Source: a candidate division FCPU426 bacterium (GTDB taxonomy: Bacteria; Oederibacteriota; Muellerivitia; Muellerivitales; Muellerivitaceae). Taken from it: a stretch of DNA of 64,000 bases. Shown one piece after another: positions 10,371 to 20,595 of the stretch. Positions within the stretch are counted from its first letter, which is position 1. The number at the start of each line of letters is the position of its first letter. Both the position numbers and the translations under genes were made by a program. Below the pieces are notes generated by a model. The model saw only the letters and a program-made list of their open reading frames with translations, was not told the origin of the DNA and searched no databases. The stretch covers positions 192,001 to 256,000 of the forward strand of contig CAVTWJ010000009.1 in the NCBI GenBank assembly GCA_963738405.1. The letters are read 5' to 3'.

Positions 10371-11225
10371 GTGGAAAACCAAAAAACTGTTTTAATCACG
10401 GGCTGTTCTTCCGGCATTGGCTTGGAGACAGCTGTCCTCCTCGCCCAACAGGGCTGGAGGGTTTTCGCCACTCTTCGGGACAATAAAAAATCCGGCCCTT
10501 TAAAAGAAAAAGCCAAGGGACTTTCCGTCGAAATCTTGCCGATGGATGTGGATGATCCCCTTTCCGTGCGCAAGGGTGTTGCGGCTGTCTTTAAAAAGAC
10601 CGGTTCCCTGGACGCGCTGGTGAATAACGCGGGGTGGGGGGCCTTTGGGGCCCTGGAGGATTTTTCGGACGATGAAATTTTGGCCCAATACGAAACGAAT
10701 TTTTTTGGACTCTTTAGGGTTATTCGAGAAGTTCTTCCTTCCATGAGGGCGCAGGGCCGGGGAAGAATTCTCAACGTGAGTTCGGTGGCGGGCAAGATGA
10801 CCTTCGCGGGGATTGGTCTTTATTGCTCCTCCAAACACGCGGTGGAAGCCCTCACGGAAAGTTTGAGGCTTGAGTTGAGGCCCTTTGGAATCCAGGTGGG
10901 GATGGTGGAACCGGGGCAGTTTCATACCCGCTTCAAGGATAACCGCCTGAAAAACAAGATGTTCCTCGCCGGGAAGTCACCCTATCAAGGGGTGCTGGAA
11001 AAAATCCTCCAATATGGAAACAGCCAATCGGCCCAGGCCCCTGGGCCGCAAATCGCGGCGAGGACGATCCTAAAGGCCCTTGAGGACGAAAAGATGGCCT
11101 TGCGCTACCCGGTCGGAAATGACGCCCGATGGTTTCCCTTCGCACAAAGGTTTTTACCCGACTCCCTCTATGATCAGATCATGGTCCGCACCCTTACCCG
11201 GTTTCAGGGGGTGAAAAGTGAGTGA
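10371..11225 (+). CDS. Short-chain dehydrogenase/reductase (17beta-HSD-like)
   Basis: TGCSSGIG, VNNAG, YCSSK; likely GTG start at 10371 after GGAGG. Confidence 0.92.
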   Translation: MENQKTVLITGCSSGIGLETAVLLAQQGWRVFATLRDNKKSGPLKEKAKGLSVEILPMDVDDPLSVRKGVAAVFKKTGSLDALVNNAGWGAFGALEDFSDDEILAQYETNFFGLFRVIREVLPSMRAQGRGRILNVSSVAGKMTFAGIGLYCSSKHAVEALTESLRLELRPFGIQVGMVEPGQFHTRFKDNRLKNKMFLAGKSPYQGVLEKILQYGNSQSAQAPGPQIAARTILKALEDEKMALRYPVGNDARWFPFAQRFLPDSLYDQIMVRTLTRFQGVKSE

Positions 11226-12072
11226 AAAGCCAGTCGCCCTCGTCACCGGCGCCAATTCGGGGATAGGGTTGGCCGTCACCCAGGCTCTGGCCTACAAAGG
11301 ATGGAAGGTTTACGGCACCTTTCGAACCCCTAAACGTGCCGGACCCCTCATGGACCTCGCAAAGACCCTCCCAGTGGTACCTATTGCCATGGATGTGGAT
11401 AAAACCTCCTCAGTTAGGAAAGCCGTCGGCCTCTTGGCCAAAAGGGAAAAGGGACAGGTGGATTTTTTATTGAACAACGCCGGATTTGTCATGGCAGGTT
11501 TCTGGGAAGATTTGTCCGATAAGGACCTGAAGGCGCAGTTTGAGACAAATGTCTTCGGGCTTTTGCGTGTGACAAGGGAAGTTTTGCCCCTGATGCGACG
11601 CAGGAGATGCGGGAAGATCATCAATGTCGGAAGCGTGGGAGGGCTGGTGGCCCTTCCCGTGTTGGGGCCCTATTCAGCGACCAAGTTCGCGGTAAGGTCC
11701 CTCACTGACGCTTTGCGAATGGAAGCGGGTCTGTTCGGGGTGGAGGTTTCGGAATTGGTTCCCAGCGAGATTAAGACGGCGGTGGCGGAAAATGCCCGCC
11801 GGGCCGAAAGGGCTCTGTCGAAAGATTCGGCCTATAGCGTCTTCACCCGGGATTTCGAAAAGTTCAGCCAAGAAAGATTCAAACATGCCGACCCGGTGGA
11901 AAAACTGGTGAAGGTGGTTTTAAAAGCCTTGTCGGACAAGCCCATGAAACGGCGTTATCTGGTGAAGGGGGAAGACCATGCCTTGTATTTCATCAAAAGG
12001 TTTCTTCCTGATTTTCTTTTGGAAAAGGCATTAGCCTCCCAATTTTCATGGTGCAAGGAACCACCCCACTGA
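11218..12072 (+). CDS. Short-chain dehydrogenase/reductase, paralogue of the upstream SDR
   Basis: TGANSGIG, LNNAG, YSATK; overlaps the upstream stop codon. Confidence 0.92.
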   Translation: MSEKPVALVTGANSGIGLAVTQALAYKGWKVYGTFRTPKRAGPLMDLAKTLPVVPIAMDVDKTSSVRKAVGLLAKREKGQVDFLLNNAGFVMAGFWEDLSDKDLKAQFETNVFGLLRVTREVLPLMRRRRCGKIINVGSVGGLVALPVLGPYSATKFAVRSLTDALRMEAGLFGVEVSELVPSEIKTAVAENARRAERALSKDSAYSVFTRDFEKFSQERFKHADPVEKLVKVVLKALSDKPMKRRYLVKGEDHALYFIKRFLPDFLLEKALASQFSWCKEPPH

Positions 12073-12224
12073 AAGCCTTATCGTGAATTTTTTAGGGTTA
12101 ACCATTTTCCTCTCGCCCCTCGAAATTGGAAGCTGAAGTGGGGTATGGTTCCATATAATCGATCTCCATGAACCGGAAAAGATGAACCCCTTCCGGGAAA
12201 ATCAAAGTTGATGAAAAGGTATTT

Positions 12225-13385
12225 GTGCCTACGCTTTCCTCGGTTAAAAACAGGGCCTATTCTCTCCAGGTTACCCTCTTTTTCTTTCTTTCTCTTTTAA
12301 TGTGGTCGGCTGTTTCGGGCGAAATGGTTTGGCTTTATACCCACAACCTGACCCTCAGCCTCGAGGTGTTCGGGGTGGCGGCTTTGGTGCTGGCCACTTG
12401 GTGGTTTCTTTTTCAATGGCAGTCCAAGGTGACCTGGTATTGCCGGTTGCAGTGGATTTTGTTCAAGTCTGGCGCCCTTCCCGAGAGCTGGCGTTTTGGG
12501 GAGGAGGCTTCCCCCTTCAATGTGGATCAAAAGATGGAAGAGGTGGTGAACGAGGCGGCGGCAATCGTGCAGGAAAACCTCAGAAGCCTGGCTTCCAACC
12601 GCCAAACCCTGGACCGTTACCTGGGAAGCCAGGGTTCCAAACATGTGCTCCAATCGGCGGGCAGTGGCGGCAGCACTTTAGGGGGACAGCTTCAACTTTC
12701 TTTCATTCTTTTTTCCGACATCCGCGGGTTCACCCAGATGACCGAGCAGTTAACCAGCAAGGAAACCCTCCGGGTGTTGAACCAAATTTTCACCGGCATC
12801 CAGGCCTCCATTGAAAAATACGGGGGGGAAATCAACAAATTCATAGGGGATGCGGCGTTGATTTACTTCAAACGCACAGCCGAGAATGAGAAGGAGGAGG
12901 CTGAACGGGTGGTCCGCGCGGCTTTTGAAATGCAGAAAAATTTCCTGACCGTGGCCCGAACCAACGCGGACCTTAAAAACCGGAACGTCAAGATCGGCAT
13001 GGGCATCGGTATCGTGGCCGGGCATTGCATCATGGGCAACTTAGGTTCCCGCAACCGGATGGAATTCACGCTGATTGGAAACTCCGTAAACCTGTCTTCC
13101 CGCCTCTGCTCCATCTGCCCTCAGGACGAGATATTGGTGAATGAGGAGTTGGCCCTATTGGTCAGCGATAAATTTCATATCGAGTCCCGCCTGCCCGTCC
13201 AGCTCAAAGGCATACGGGATAAGGTCACGCCCTACTGTGTCCTGGGGGACCTGGAAAATAGAGGGTTTGTGCGCAGAACAACCGATCCGGAAGAATCTTC
13301 TCTCCAATCATCGTCCCCGCCCCAGGCCAAAGCGGATTCCCTCGCTTCAAGATTTTTAGACAGTCTGGGCACTGAAAAGGAATAA
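12225..13385 (+). CDS. Membrane-anchored class III adenylate cyclase
   Basis: Two N-terminal TM helices; FSDIRGFT, KFIGDA and FTLIGNSVNLSSRL, so the metal-binding Asp, ATP-specifying Lys/Thr and catalytic Asn/Arg are present. Confidence 0.88.
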   Translation: MPTLSSVKNRAYSLQVTLFFFLSLLMWSAVSGEMVWLYTHNLTLSLEVFGVAALVLATWWFLFQWQSKVTWYCRLQWILFKSGALPESWRFGEEASPFNVDQKMEEVVNEAAAIVQENLRSLASNRQTLDRYLGSQGSKHVLQSAGSGGSTLGGQLQLSFILFSDIRGFTQMTEQLTSKETLRVLNQIFTGIQASIEKYGGEINKFIGDAALIYFKRTAENEKEEAERVVRAAFEMQKNFLTVARTNADLKNRNVKIGMGIGIVAGHCIMGNLGSRNRMEFTLIGNSVNLSSRLCSICPQDEILVNEELALLVSDKFHIESRLPVQLKGIRDKVTPYCVLGDLENRGFVRRTTDPEESSLQSSSPPQAKADSLASRFLDSLGTEKE

Positions 13386-13394
13386 GTAAGAATC

Positions 13395-14969
13395 CTATTG
13401 GCAGACAAAGAGGCTGGCGGTTAAGGGGGGCAGGGAATAATCAAACTTGTTTTGGCTCAAGGTTCCAGAGCCCACGAGTTTAACTTCCGCCGATTGGGAA
13501 TCGAAGCCGTACCTCTGCCAGCTTTGATAGATGGTCTTGCCCTGGATCTCGAATTTTCCAGAAACGCTGTCCTTTTGGTTTTTGTTCAAGACCACCACCC
13601 ATAGGGTGCCGGCGCGTTTGGAGTCGGCGGCGGCGTAAATGGAGGTTTGCGAGATGTCGTCGCTGCCGGATGAAATTTCAGTGTCGCCGAAAGCCGAGCC
13701 CTTGCCGTCATAGTCGTGGTAAAGATGAAAGGCCGCCAGATTGTAGGGTTTTAACTTTCCCCAATAGGCCGCGAGAGTCACGCCGTATTTCCCAAAAATG
13801 CCCAAAACATCCGCCTGGGCGATCCCTCCTGAGACATGGTCCCCAGCGCCGTAATCGTACTCGCTGAATCCCAGGCCCGTGCCTGGGTAATCCTGCTCGA
13901 TTTTCCCCTTCAGCCAGGGGATGAGCTGGATGGCTTGGCCTTGGGTGGAGGAAGCGGTGATCCAGCTTTTTTCAACATAGCCCGGGTCCCAGAGGCTCCG
14001 GGGCGCCTGAAGCCGGGCTTCCACCGAATCGGGGGAAACGTCGCCCTCGGTGATGCGCTTGCCCCCGCCCTGGGCCTCGGGATACCAGTGCAGGTCCAGG
14101 ATGTTCAAGAGGCGCCTGCCGTCGTGGCCCTCCAGGGCCTTCATCTGCTTGAGATAAAAGTCGAGGAAGGTTTCCTCAGTCTTGTTGATCTCCGCGCTGT
14201 CGGGGGAATTTTGCAGGGTCAAGAATTCCTGCCAGCCGTAGGAAACGGGCCCCAGAATTTGAGCTGTGGGATCTACCTTGGTTACCGCAAAGGCCAGCCT
14301 TTCGGTCCGGTTGGCCATTTCCCAATAGGTTGTTGGCTTGGGATGAATGCGGGGATGGGTCTCATTCCAAATGCCCGGTTCGTTGTCCAAGTCGTAAAAC
14401 TTGACGCCCCCTTCGGCGGCGGTCTTGTAATTTGAAATCAGGAAATTTACGAACTCGTCGTCGTAAACATATTTGTCTTTTGGATTGGGGGTAAGAGTGA
14501 ATTTTCCTTTTTTGTGGAAGACCACTTCCTTCCAGCGTTTGGAGGGGGCCTTCTCGTTTTCTCCCACCTCGCCGTCCTTGTCGGCCGCCACAAAACCCGC
14601 CATGGGAAGGGTGATGAGGCTTTCCATCCCGGCTTTTTGATTTTCTTCCACAAAATGTTTCACCAGGGCGCCCGGCTGGTCGCAGTCCGTGTAATGGGCC
14701 TGGTCGCAGAGCCAGTTGTCGCTGGTGTGTTTCCAGTCTTTCCCAGCGTTGGAGGCGTTATTGACCCAGTTGTAGCCAGTCAGGCGGTTGCCCCCGAGGC
14801 GCCTTAAGGTTGCGCCCGAACCCGTTGGGTCCTCATCGTTGATACCGTAGATGTAGGAGCTGATAGTTCCGACGACCGTGTCAGGCAAAATTAAAAAATG
14901 GACGTCGGCGGCGCGGAGGGGAAAAGCCAGAAATATCAGTATTAGAGTTTGGATCGCGCGCCAGGTCAT
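13395..14969 (-). CDS. Secreted glycoside hydrolase family 44 (endoglucanase/xyloglucanase)
   Basis: Signal peptide; RLGGNRLTGYNWVNNASNAGKDW, DNEPGIW (acid/base), FSEYDYG (nucleophile), QADVLGIFGKYG. Confidence 0.9.
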   Translation of the reverse strand: MTWRAIQTLILIFLAFPLRAADVHFLILPDTVVGTISSYIYGINDEDPTGSGATLRRLGGNRLTGYNWVNNASNAGKDWKHTSDNWLCDQAHYTDCDQPGALVKHFVEENQKAGMESLITLPMAGFVAADKDGEVGENEKAPSKRWKEVVFHKKGKFTLTPNPKDKYVYDDEFVNFLISNYKTAAEGGVKFYDLDNEPGIWNETHPRIHPKPTTYWEMANRTERLAFAVTKVDPTAQILGPVSYGWQEFLTLQNSPDSAEINKTEETFLDFYLKQMKALEGHDGRRLLNILDLHWYPEAQGGGKRITEGDVSPDSVEARLQAPRSLWDPGYVEKSWITASSTQGQAIQLIPWLKGKIEQDYPGTGLGFSEYDYGAGDHVSGGIAQADVLGIFGKYGVTLAAYWGKLKPYNLAAFHLYHDYDGKGSAFGDTEISSGSDDISQTSIYAAADSKRAGTLWVVVLNKNQKDSVSGKFEIQGKTIYQSWQRYGFDSQSAEVKLVGSGTLSQNKFDYSLPPLTASLFVCQ

Positions 14970-15003
14970 GGAAGTTCCTTCGTAAAGGGATGTGAAAGGT
15001 CTG

Positions 15004-16446
15004 TCAATAATAACTCAGCGGCCTGCGTTCTCCCAGCAAACGGTAGTCCTTTTGATCAATCGCCCGGGTGAACCGATCACGGTCACGATAGAGGGAATAG
15101 GCCGGATAAATCCGCCAGGCGAAGGCCGCCTGGAAAATAAAAGCCGCCGCCAGGATCATGACCGCGAAACGGCGCCAAAAGACTGATGGCGCCAGGCAGC
15201 TCCAAACGTAAAGGGAAAAGAGAAACATGATAGGAAAGGTCGCGTCATAAAAAATATGCGACAGGGGCCATTTGCCGGTGAACCAGAAGCTGGCCCACAT
15301 GAGGATCAGGTTGAACAGGGCCAGTGCCCGAACCCAGTCCCAATTTTTTAATTCTTTATTTCGAACGAAACCCATCACTAGAAGCGCGACGGCTTGAAGC
15401 AATCCCGTGATCCACAAGAAAAGGCCGGGATAAAGCAGTAACGGGGAGCCCATGAGAAATTCGATTCGGGCATGGGTGCTGTGCCCCGGTTGAAGAAAAG
15501 TGGGCCAAGCCCAGCCGTCCCAATGGGGGCCGGAAGCCATGTCCCAGGTGGTGAAACCGGGTGAACCGGGCGGATCGAGAAAAACGGGCATCTCGAAGGT
15601 CGGCAGGGCCAGGGTGCGCCCCAGGATGGTAAAGAAGGCTTTGAAGTTATCGAAGTTAAAAAGGGTGGCGAAACTTCCAGGGCTTTTCCCGCCGGGTATG
15701 CCGTAAACGACCAGGGTAGGAACGATCAGGGCAAGGGTGGGAAGACCCCCTAATAAAAAGAAGCCCAGGGACCTAAAGGCCAAAGGCTTGGATTCCCGAA
15801 ATTGGAGAAGCAGGGACAGGACAAAAAAGGCCGCCAAGTAGACCCAAGACATATGGAACTGTATGACCCAGAAGAAAGCGAAACCCATCATGGTCGAGGC
15901 GCATCCGGGGTTGATAATTCCCATGCGGAAACCCGGCAGTGACTCAAAAAAACCCACGAAGAAAACACAGCTTCCGAATAAGCACCAGGCCCGAGTGATC
16001 ATGCCGGTGTTCTCGTGCAGGGTCCAGGGGAGGATCACCAGGGTGGCGAAGATAAACCAGGGAGAGAGGGTAGGAACCTTTTGCGCACAGTACCAGGTTA
16101 AAAGCGCGATTCCGGCCAAGGACAAGAGGTTCAGCAGGATAAAGGGGGCCTCGGGGATGGGCAGCCAATGGAAAGGAAGGCCCACGACCAGACCCTCTAG
16201 GGCCCCGGGTATCTGGTTGAAATGGGAGGTTTCCGATCCCGCCAAGTCGGGACCGAAATAGGGCCAGGTGCCGGTCGTGTAGCTTTTAAGGCCAAGCAGG
16301 TAGGTTTGAAGCTGGTCATCGGGAAGCAGGGGAAGGGACAGGCCAAATCCTAATCGAAAAAGGAAACCCCCCAAAAGGGCAAGCAGGATAATAGGGACGC
16401 TTGGCCATTGGAGTTGAGTGGGCGGGGTTGGTTTCGTGCTTTTCAT
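15004..16446 (-). CDS. Polytopic membrane protein, putative GT-C-fold glycosyltransferase (paralogue 4)
   Basis: About 10-11 TM segments; DDQLQTYLLGLK..WPYFGPD, QIPGALEG, QFHMSW, terminal AIDQKDYRLLGERRP. Confidence 0.55.
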   Translation of the reverse strand: MKSTKPTPPTQLQWPSVPIILLALLGGFLFRLGFGLSLPLLPDDQLQTYLLGLKSYTTGTWPYFGPDLAGSETSHFNQIPGALEGLVVGLPFHWLPIPEAPFILLNLLSLAGIALLTWYCAQKVPTLSPWFIFATLVILPWTLHENTGMITRAWCLFGSCVFFVGFFESLPGFRMGIINPGCASTMMGFAFFWVIQFHMSWVYLAAFFVLSLLLQFRESKPLAFRSLGFFLLGGLPTLALIVPTLVVYGIPGGKSPGSFATLFNFDNFKAFFTILGRTLALPTFEMPVFLDPPGSPGFTTWDMASGPHWDGWAWPTFLQPGHSTHARIEFLMGSPLLLYPGLFLWITGLLQAVALLVMGFVRNKELKNWDWVRALALFNLILMWASFWFTGKWPLSHIFYDATFPIMFLFSLYVWSCLAPSVFWRRFAVMILAAAFIFQAAFAWRIYPAYSLYRDRDRFTRAIDQKDYRLLGERRPLSYY

Positions 16447-16468
16447 TCTGGCGGCAGTCCTGGTTTTT

Positions 16469-17779
16469 TTAATTTTGACTTCCCGGTCTGCGTTCCCCGA
16501 ACAAGTGGTAATTCTTCTGGCTGATGGCGTCCGCCACGGTCTGGCGGTTGGTGTAGAGGGATTGTACCGGCATCAGCTTCACAGCGTACCCCAGTTCGAA
16601 AAGCACGCTGGCAGCCAGACAGACCATGCCGAAGATCCTCCAGGCTTTGCGCTCCGCTAGCCAGGCGTATACATAAAAAGAATAAACCACAATCAAGGGC
16701 AGAAGAACGTAATAAGAGACCGCGGGTGCGCTCTTGGCATTAAACCAGAAGGCGATCCAGGTCAGAAGGAATCCCCCGAAAACAAGCCGATTGATCATGG
16801 CCCCGTCTGGTTTTTGATAGGGAATAAAAAACCCGACGAGGCCTAACAGGGCGGCCTGGGCGAAACCCGCCAGCCATAAAAGAAAACCCGGCAGGATGAG
16901 CCAGGGGGATTCAAATAGAAAATCAAGCCGGTAGCGGGTTCCGGCCCCTAAGAAACGGGGAAGCTCATAAGAGGCGAGTGAATAATAACGGGCTAGAACC
17001 GTGAAAAATCCAAAAAAGTTGTCCTTGTTAAACCATACGGCCATACCCATGCCACCCGCGCCCTGCTGAAAACCGAACTTAATGAGCGTAGGCAAAAGAA
17101 AACCCAGTGGAAATGCGGACCCGGCTAGGAATCCGCCCAGATCGTGAAGCGGGTTCAATTCCTTTTTCCATAAGCGCCAGCCAAGAGCCAACGCCAGAAA
17201 GGGAAGCATGAGAATCCAAGAAAAATGAAATTGCATGTTCCAGAAAATGCCGAAACCCATGAGGGCGAAGGCTAGGGGAGCGGAAATCCAATTTAAGGTT
17301 AACCATGGAAGGGATTCTAAGAATCCTACAAAGAACAGGGAGCTGCCGATAATGAGATAGGAAGGGTTGATGATGTTCGTAGTTTCGTGAAGGTTCCAGG
17401 GGAGAAGGGCAGTCCAAGCCAGGATAAAGGAAAAGGAAATCGAGGGAACCCTCTTATGGATATACCAGCACAAGAAGGCTAATGCCGAGAGGGTTAAGAG
17501 GTTTAGGAGCAGAAAGGGAGCTTCCGGGATAGGCAAGACGCGAAAGGGCAGGCCGACCAAAAGGCCTTCCAGGGCCCCGGGAATTTGGGACTCGAAGTTT
17601 TTATCTTCCCAATAGATGTCCGGACCGAAATAGGGCCATTGGTTTTCGGTGTAGCTCTTGAGACCGATCAGGTAGGTCTGACGCTCATCGGGCGAGAAAA
17701 AGGGCTGAGAAAAGCCAAATCCCAAGCGGAAGGCGTAAAGAAACAGGAAAACCAAAATGTATTGGTTGCGTTTGGACAT
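16469..17779 (-). CDS. Polytopic membrane protein, putative GT-C-fold glycosyltransferase (paralogue 3)
   Basis: PDERQTYLIGLK..WPYFGPD, QIPGALEG, NP, QFHFSW, terminal AISQKNYHLFGERRP. Confidence 0.58.
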   Translation of the reverse strand: MSKRNQYILVFLFLYAFRLGFGFSQPFFSPDERQTYLIGLKSYTENQWPYFGPDIYWEDKNFESQIPGALEGLLVGLPFRVLPIPEAPFLLLNLLTLSALAFLCWYIHKRVPSISFSFILAWTALLPWNLHETTNIINPSYLIIGSSLFFVGFLESLPWLTLNWISAPLAFALMGFGIFWNMQFHFSWILMLPFLALALGWRLWKKELNPLHDLGGFLAGSAFPLGFLLPTLIKFGFQQGAGGMGMAVWFNKDNFFGFFTVLARYYSLASYELPRFLGAGTRYRLDFLFESPWLILPGFLLWLAGFAQAALLGLVGFFIPYQKPDGAMINRLVFGGFLLTWIAFWFNAKSAPAVSYYVLLPLIVVYSFYVYAWLAERKAWRIFGMVCLAASVLFELGYAVKLMPVQSLYTNRQTVADAISQKNYHLFGERRPGSQN

Positions 17780-17818
17780 GAATTCCTTTCGGAGGGGTAT
17801 GGTAACGGGTCGGTTGTT

Positions 17819-19147
17819 TTAATACAAAGATTGCGGACGACGATCCGCCAAGATCTGGTAATTCTTTTGGTCAATAGCGGTTTGAATCTTGGCCCGGTCC
17901 AAATACAAGGACCTCTTGGGCATCCAATAGATCAAAAATCCCAATTGAAACCAAAGACTGGCCACAAGGCAGACAAGAGCGAACTTTCTCCAACCGGCAT
18001 AGGGGGCCAGCTGGGCCCAGACATGAAATGAGAAAACGGTTACGAGTGGAAAAAGAATGAAGAGCGCGTGGGCGACCGGAGCTTTGTAAGTGAAGCAAAA
18101 GGCCATGAAAACCATAATGAAAACCGACCAAGCGGCCGCAAAAACAGCTTGAGCGCTTGGACGGGTTGGGTCTTTGCGCCATCCAAAGATCAAGAATGAG
18201 AAAGGCTGGGCCCAGCCCACCATAGTTAAAAAGATCCCCGGCAAGGCAATCCAAAGAGCATCTTGAAGAAAGGCGATCCGGTCCATGGTGTGTTCGCCAA
18301 CGAATTGAGGCATTTCAAAACAAGCCAATGATAAATATTTAGCCAGGGTTGAAAAGAAACGGAGAAAGTTGTGGAGGTTAAAACCTACTACCGTGGCGCT
18401 CCCACCGTAAAGGGTATGGAATCCATAAACAAAAAGGGTGGGTAGCAAAGCGCCCAAAGGAATCAGAGCGCCCATTAGAAAAGAACCGGCTGTTTTGAAA
18501 AGGATCTTTAGCCCATGTTGTTGAACCGACGAGGCGAAAGCTGCTAGGCCCAGAGGCGGAAGGAGTACCCAAGAAAAATGAAACTGCATATCCCAGAACA
18601 ATCCGAAACCCATCAGTGCAAAAGCTTTAGCGGGGCTTAACCAGTGGGTTGAAAGGGATGGGACAGCTTCCAGGAATCCAACGAAAAACAAAATACTTCC
18701 GAACAAAAGAAAACAGGGGTTGTACATATGGGTGGCGTCGTTCAAGGTCCAGGGCAATAGCGCGATCCAGCTGAAAGTAAAAAGAAAGGAGATTTCAGGA
18801 ATTCTTTTGTGGATGTAGAAGGCGAGAAGTGCAATGGCTGTTAAAGAAAGCAGATTGAGAAAAAGAAAGGGAGCTTCCGGAATGGGCAAAAGAAAAAAGG
18901 GAGTGCCGATCATCAGACCTTCCAAAGCTCCTGGAATCTGAAAATAAAAATGGGTATCGTCCACGATCAAGTCGGGTCCGAAAAAGGGCCAGCCATGGGT
19001 CGTGAACCATTTCAACCCGATGAGGTAGGTCTGCAATTCGTCGGAGGTCCAAAACTTGAGGCTTAAGCCGAAGGCGGTACGGAAAAGGTAAAGAAATAGA
19101 AACAGAGCTATGAATACGAACTTGGAAGAGATTGGTTTCTTATTCAA
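17819..19147 (-). CDS. Polytopic membrane protein, putative GT-C-fold glycosyltransferase (paralogue 2)
   Basis: SDELQTYLIGLK..WPFFGPD, QIPGALEG, NP, QFHFSW, terminal AIDQKNYQILADRRP. Confidence 0.58.
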   Translation of the reverse strand: MNKKPISSKFVFIALFLFLYLFRTAFGLSLKFWTSDELQTYLIGLKWFTTHGWPFFGPDLIVDDTHFYFQIPGALEGLMIGTPFFLLPIPEAPFLFLNLLSLTAIALLAFYIHKRIPEISFLFTFSWIALLPWTLNDATHMYNPCFLLFGSILFFVGFLEAVPSLSTHWLSPAKAFALMGFGLFWDMQFHFSWVLLPPLGLAAFASSVQQHGLKILFKTAGSFLMGALIPLGALLPTLFVYGFHTLYGGSATVVGFNLHNFLRFFSTLAKYLSLACFEMPQFVGEHTMDRIAFLQDALWIALPGIFLTMVGWAQPFSFLIFGWRKDPTRPSAQAVFAAAWSVFIMVFMAFCFTYKAPVAHALFILFPLVTVFSFHVWAQLAPYAGWRKFALVCLVASLWFQLGFLIYWMPKRSLYLDRAKIQTAIDQKNYQILADRRPQSLY

Positions 19148-19165
19148 TTCTCTGTTTTTTCTCCA

Positions 19166-20488
19166 TTAATAAAGCGTGCCGGGGCGCCGTTCCCCGGCTA
19201 AGTGATAATTCTTTTGCTGGATCGCCTGGGCCAGGGGCTCACGGTTCTGATAAAGGCCGTCCCTTTGAGCCAGTATGGGCGAGTAAAAGCCCATGAAAAA
19301 AAGTCCAAGCAATACGAAAACCTTGGCTGTTATGCGCAGGGTTTTGCTTTTTTGAAAAAGATCCCAAACATAAAAAGAATAAACCATCAGCATGGGGTAA
19401 AAGACCATATAGATATGGGCTAAGGGAAGTTTGCTGGTAAACCAAAAACTTATCCAGATCATGAGAAAACAAGCCGCCATTAATCCCTTCATGGGCTCCC
19501 AATCCTTAAGGTTGTGTTTTTTCTTGAAAACCGTAAAAGCCAATAGGATGGGTTGGATGATGCCGCCCACCGAAAGGATCGTTCCTGGTATCAACAACAG
19601 GGGATGGGCCATTAAGAATCCCCATCTTTCGTGGGTGCCCTGGCCGATAAAACGCAATAGTTCAAAGGATACTAAGGACAAATAGCGAGCAAGAACCGTA
19701 AGCCCCTCGGTGACATTGTAAAAATTAAAGGAAACCAAAAAGCCGGAAGCCGTTTGTCCGGGGTTAAGCCCGTATTGAATCCAGGTTGGAATAACCAATC
19801 CAAGAGTTGGAAGGGCGCCGAGGACAAAGCCAAGAGTAGGATAAAGAGATTTGTCTTTCCAAAATCGAGTTCCTAAGGCCAAAAGGGCGAGGGGAATGAG
19901 ATAGATATAAGAAAAATGAAATTGCATGATCCAAAAAAGGGAAAAACCCATCCAAGCCGCGGCCCAGGGCGCCGAAAGGTATCCGGTTGAAAAGACGGGG
20001 ACACATTCGAAAAAACCGATAAAGAATAATATGCTCGGCAAAAAATCATAGGCGGGGTTAATCACATGCGCCCCCTCGAAAAGACCCCAGGGGGTCACCG
20101 AAATCCAGGTAAAGAGCCAGGGCCAAGAAAATCGGGGTACCTTACGGTGGATATACCAGGCCAGTAAGGCCGCTCCCAGGGTGGACAGCAGGGTTAAAAA
20201 GACTACCGGGGTTTCAGGGAAGGGAAACAACCTTAAAGGCAACCCAATCAATAGCCCTTCCATGGCCCCTGGGATCTGGGCGTTAAAAGCCTGATTTTCC
20301 TGGCCGTTCACATCCGGCCCAAAATAGGGCCATTGGGCGGTCGTGAAGTATTTCAAGCCTATAAGCCAGGTCTGGCGTTCATCCACCTCCCACCATTTAC
20401 ATTCGCAGAGTCCAAAGTAGAGACGAAACATGAACAGGACAATGAAAAGCGCCCCAACTCCAAGAAGGCGTTGACGTTTTATTTTCAT
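19166..20488 (-). CDS. Polytopic membrane protein, putative GT-C-fold glycosyltransferase (paralogue 1)
   Basis: VDERQTWLIGLK..WPYFGPD, QIPGAMEG, NP, QFHFSY, terminal AIQQKNYHLAGERRP; start uncertain (20488 or 20542). Confidence 0.58.
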   Translation of the reverse strand: MKIKRQRLLGVGALFIVLFMFRLYFGLCECKWWEVDERQTWLIGLKYFTTAQWPYFGPDVNGQENQAFNAQIPGAMEGLLIGLPLRLFPFPETPVVFLTLLSTLGAALLAWYIHRKVPRFSWPWLFTWISVTPWGLFEGAHVINPAYDFLPSILFFIGFFECVPVFSTGYLSAPWAAAWMGFSLFWIMQFHFSYIYLIPLALLALGTRFWKDKSLYPTLGFVLGALPTLGLVIPTWIQYGLNPGQTASGFLVSFNFYNVTEGLTVLARYLSLVSFELLRFIGQGTHERWGFLMAHPLLLIPGTILSVGGIIQPILLAFTVFKKKHNLKDWEPMKGLMAACFLMIWISFWFTSKLPLAHIYMVFYPMLMVYSFYVWDLFQKSKTLRITAKVFVLLGLFFMGFYSPILAQRDGLYQNREPLAQAIQQKNYHLAGERRPGTLY

Positions 20489-20595
20489 AAACCGGGAAAA
20501 CCTTTCGTGAGGAACGAATATCCACCCTTTACCTTTCCGCATGGAGAGGGCGTGTAATAATATAGTACGGCTTCACCCTTCATCAGGAGATTTCG

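Noticed and set aside
10371..12072. Tandem SDR paralogues as a novel system
   Set aside because: A common arrangement with canonical motifs and no informative context.
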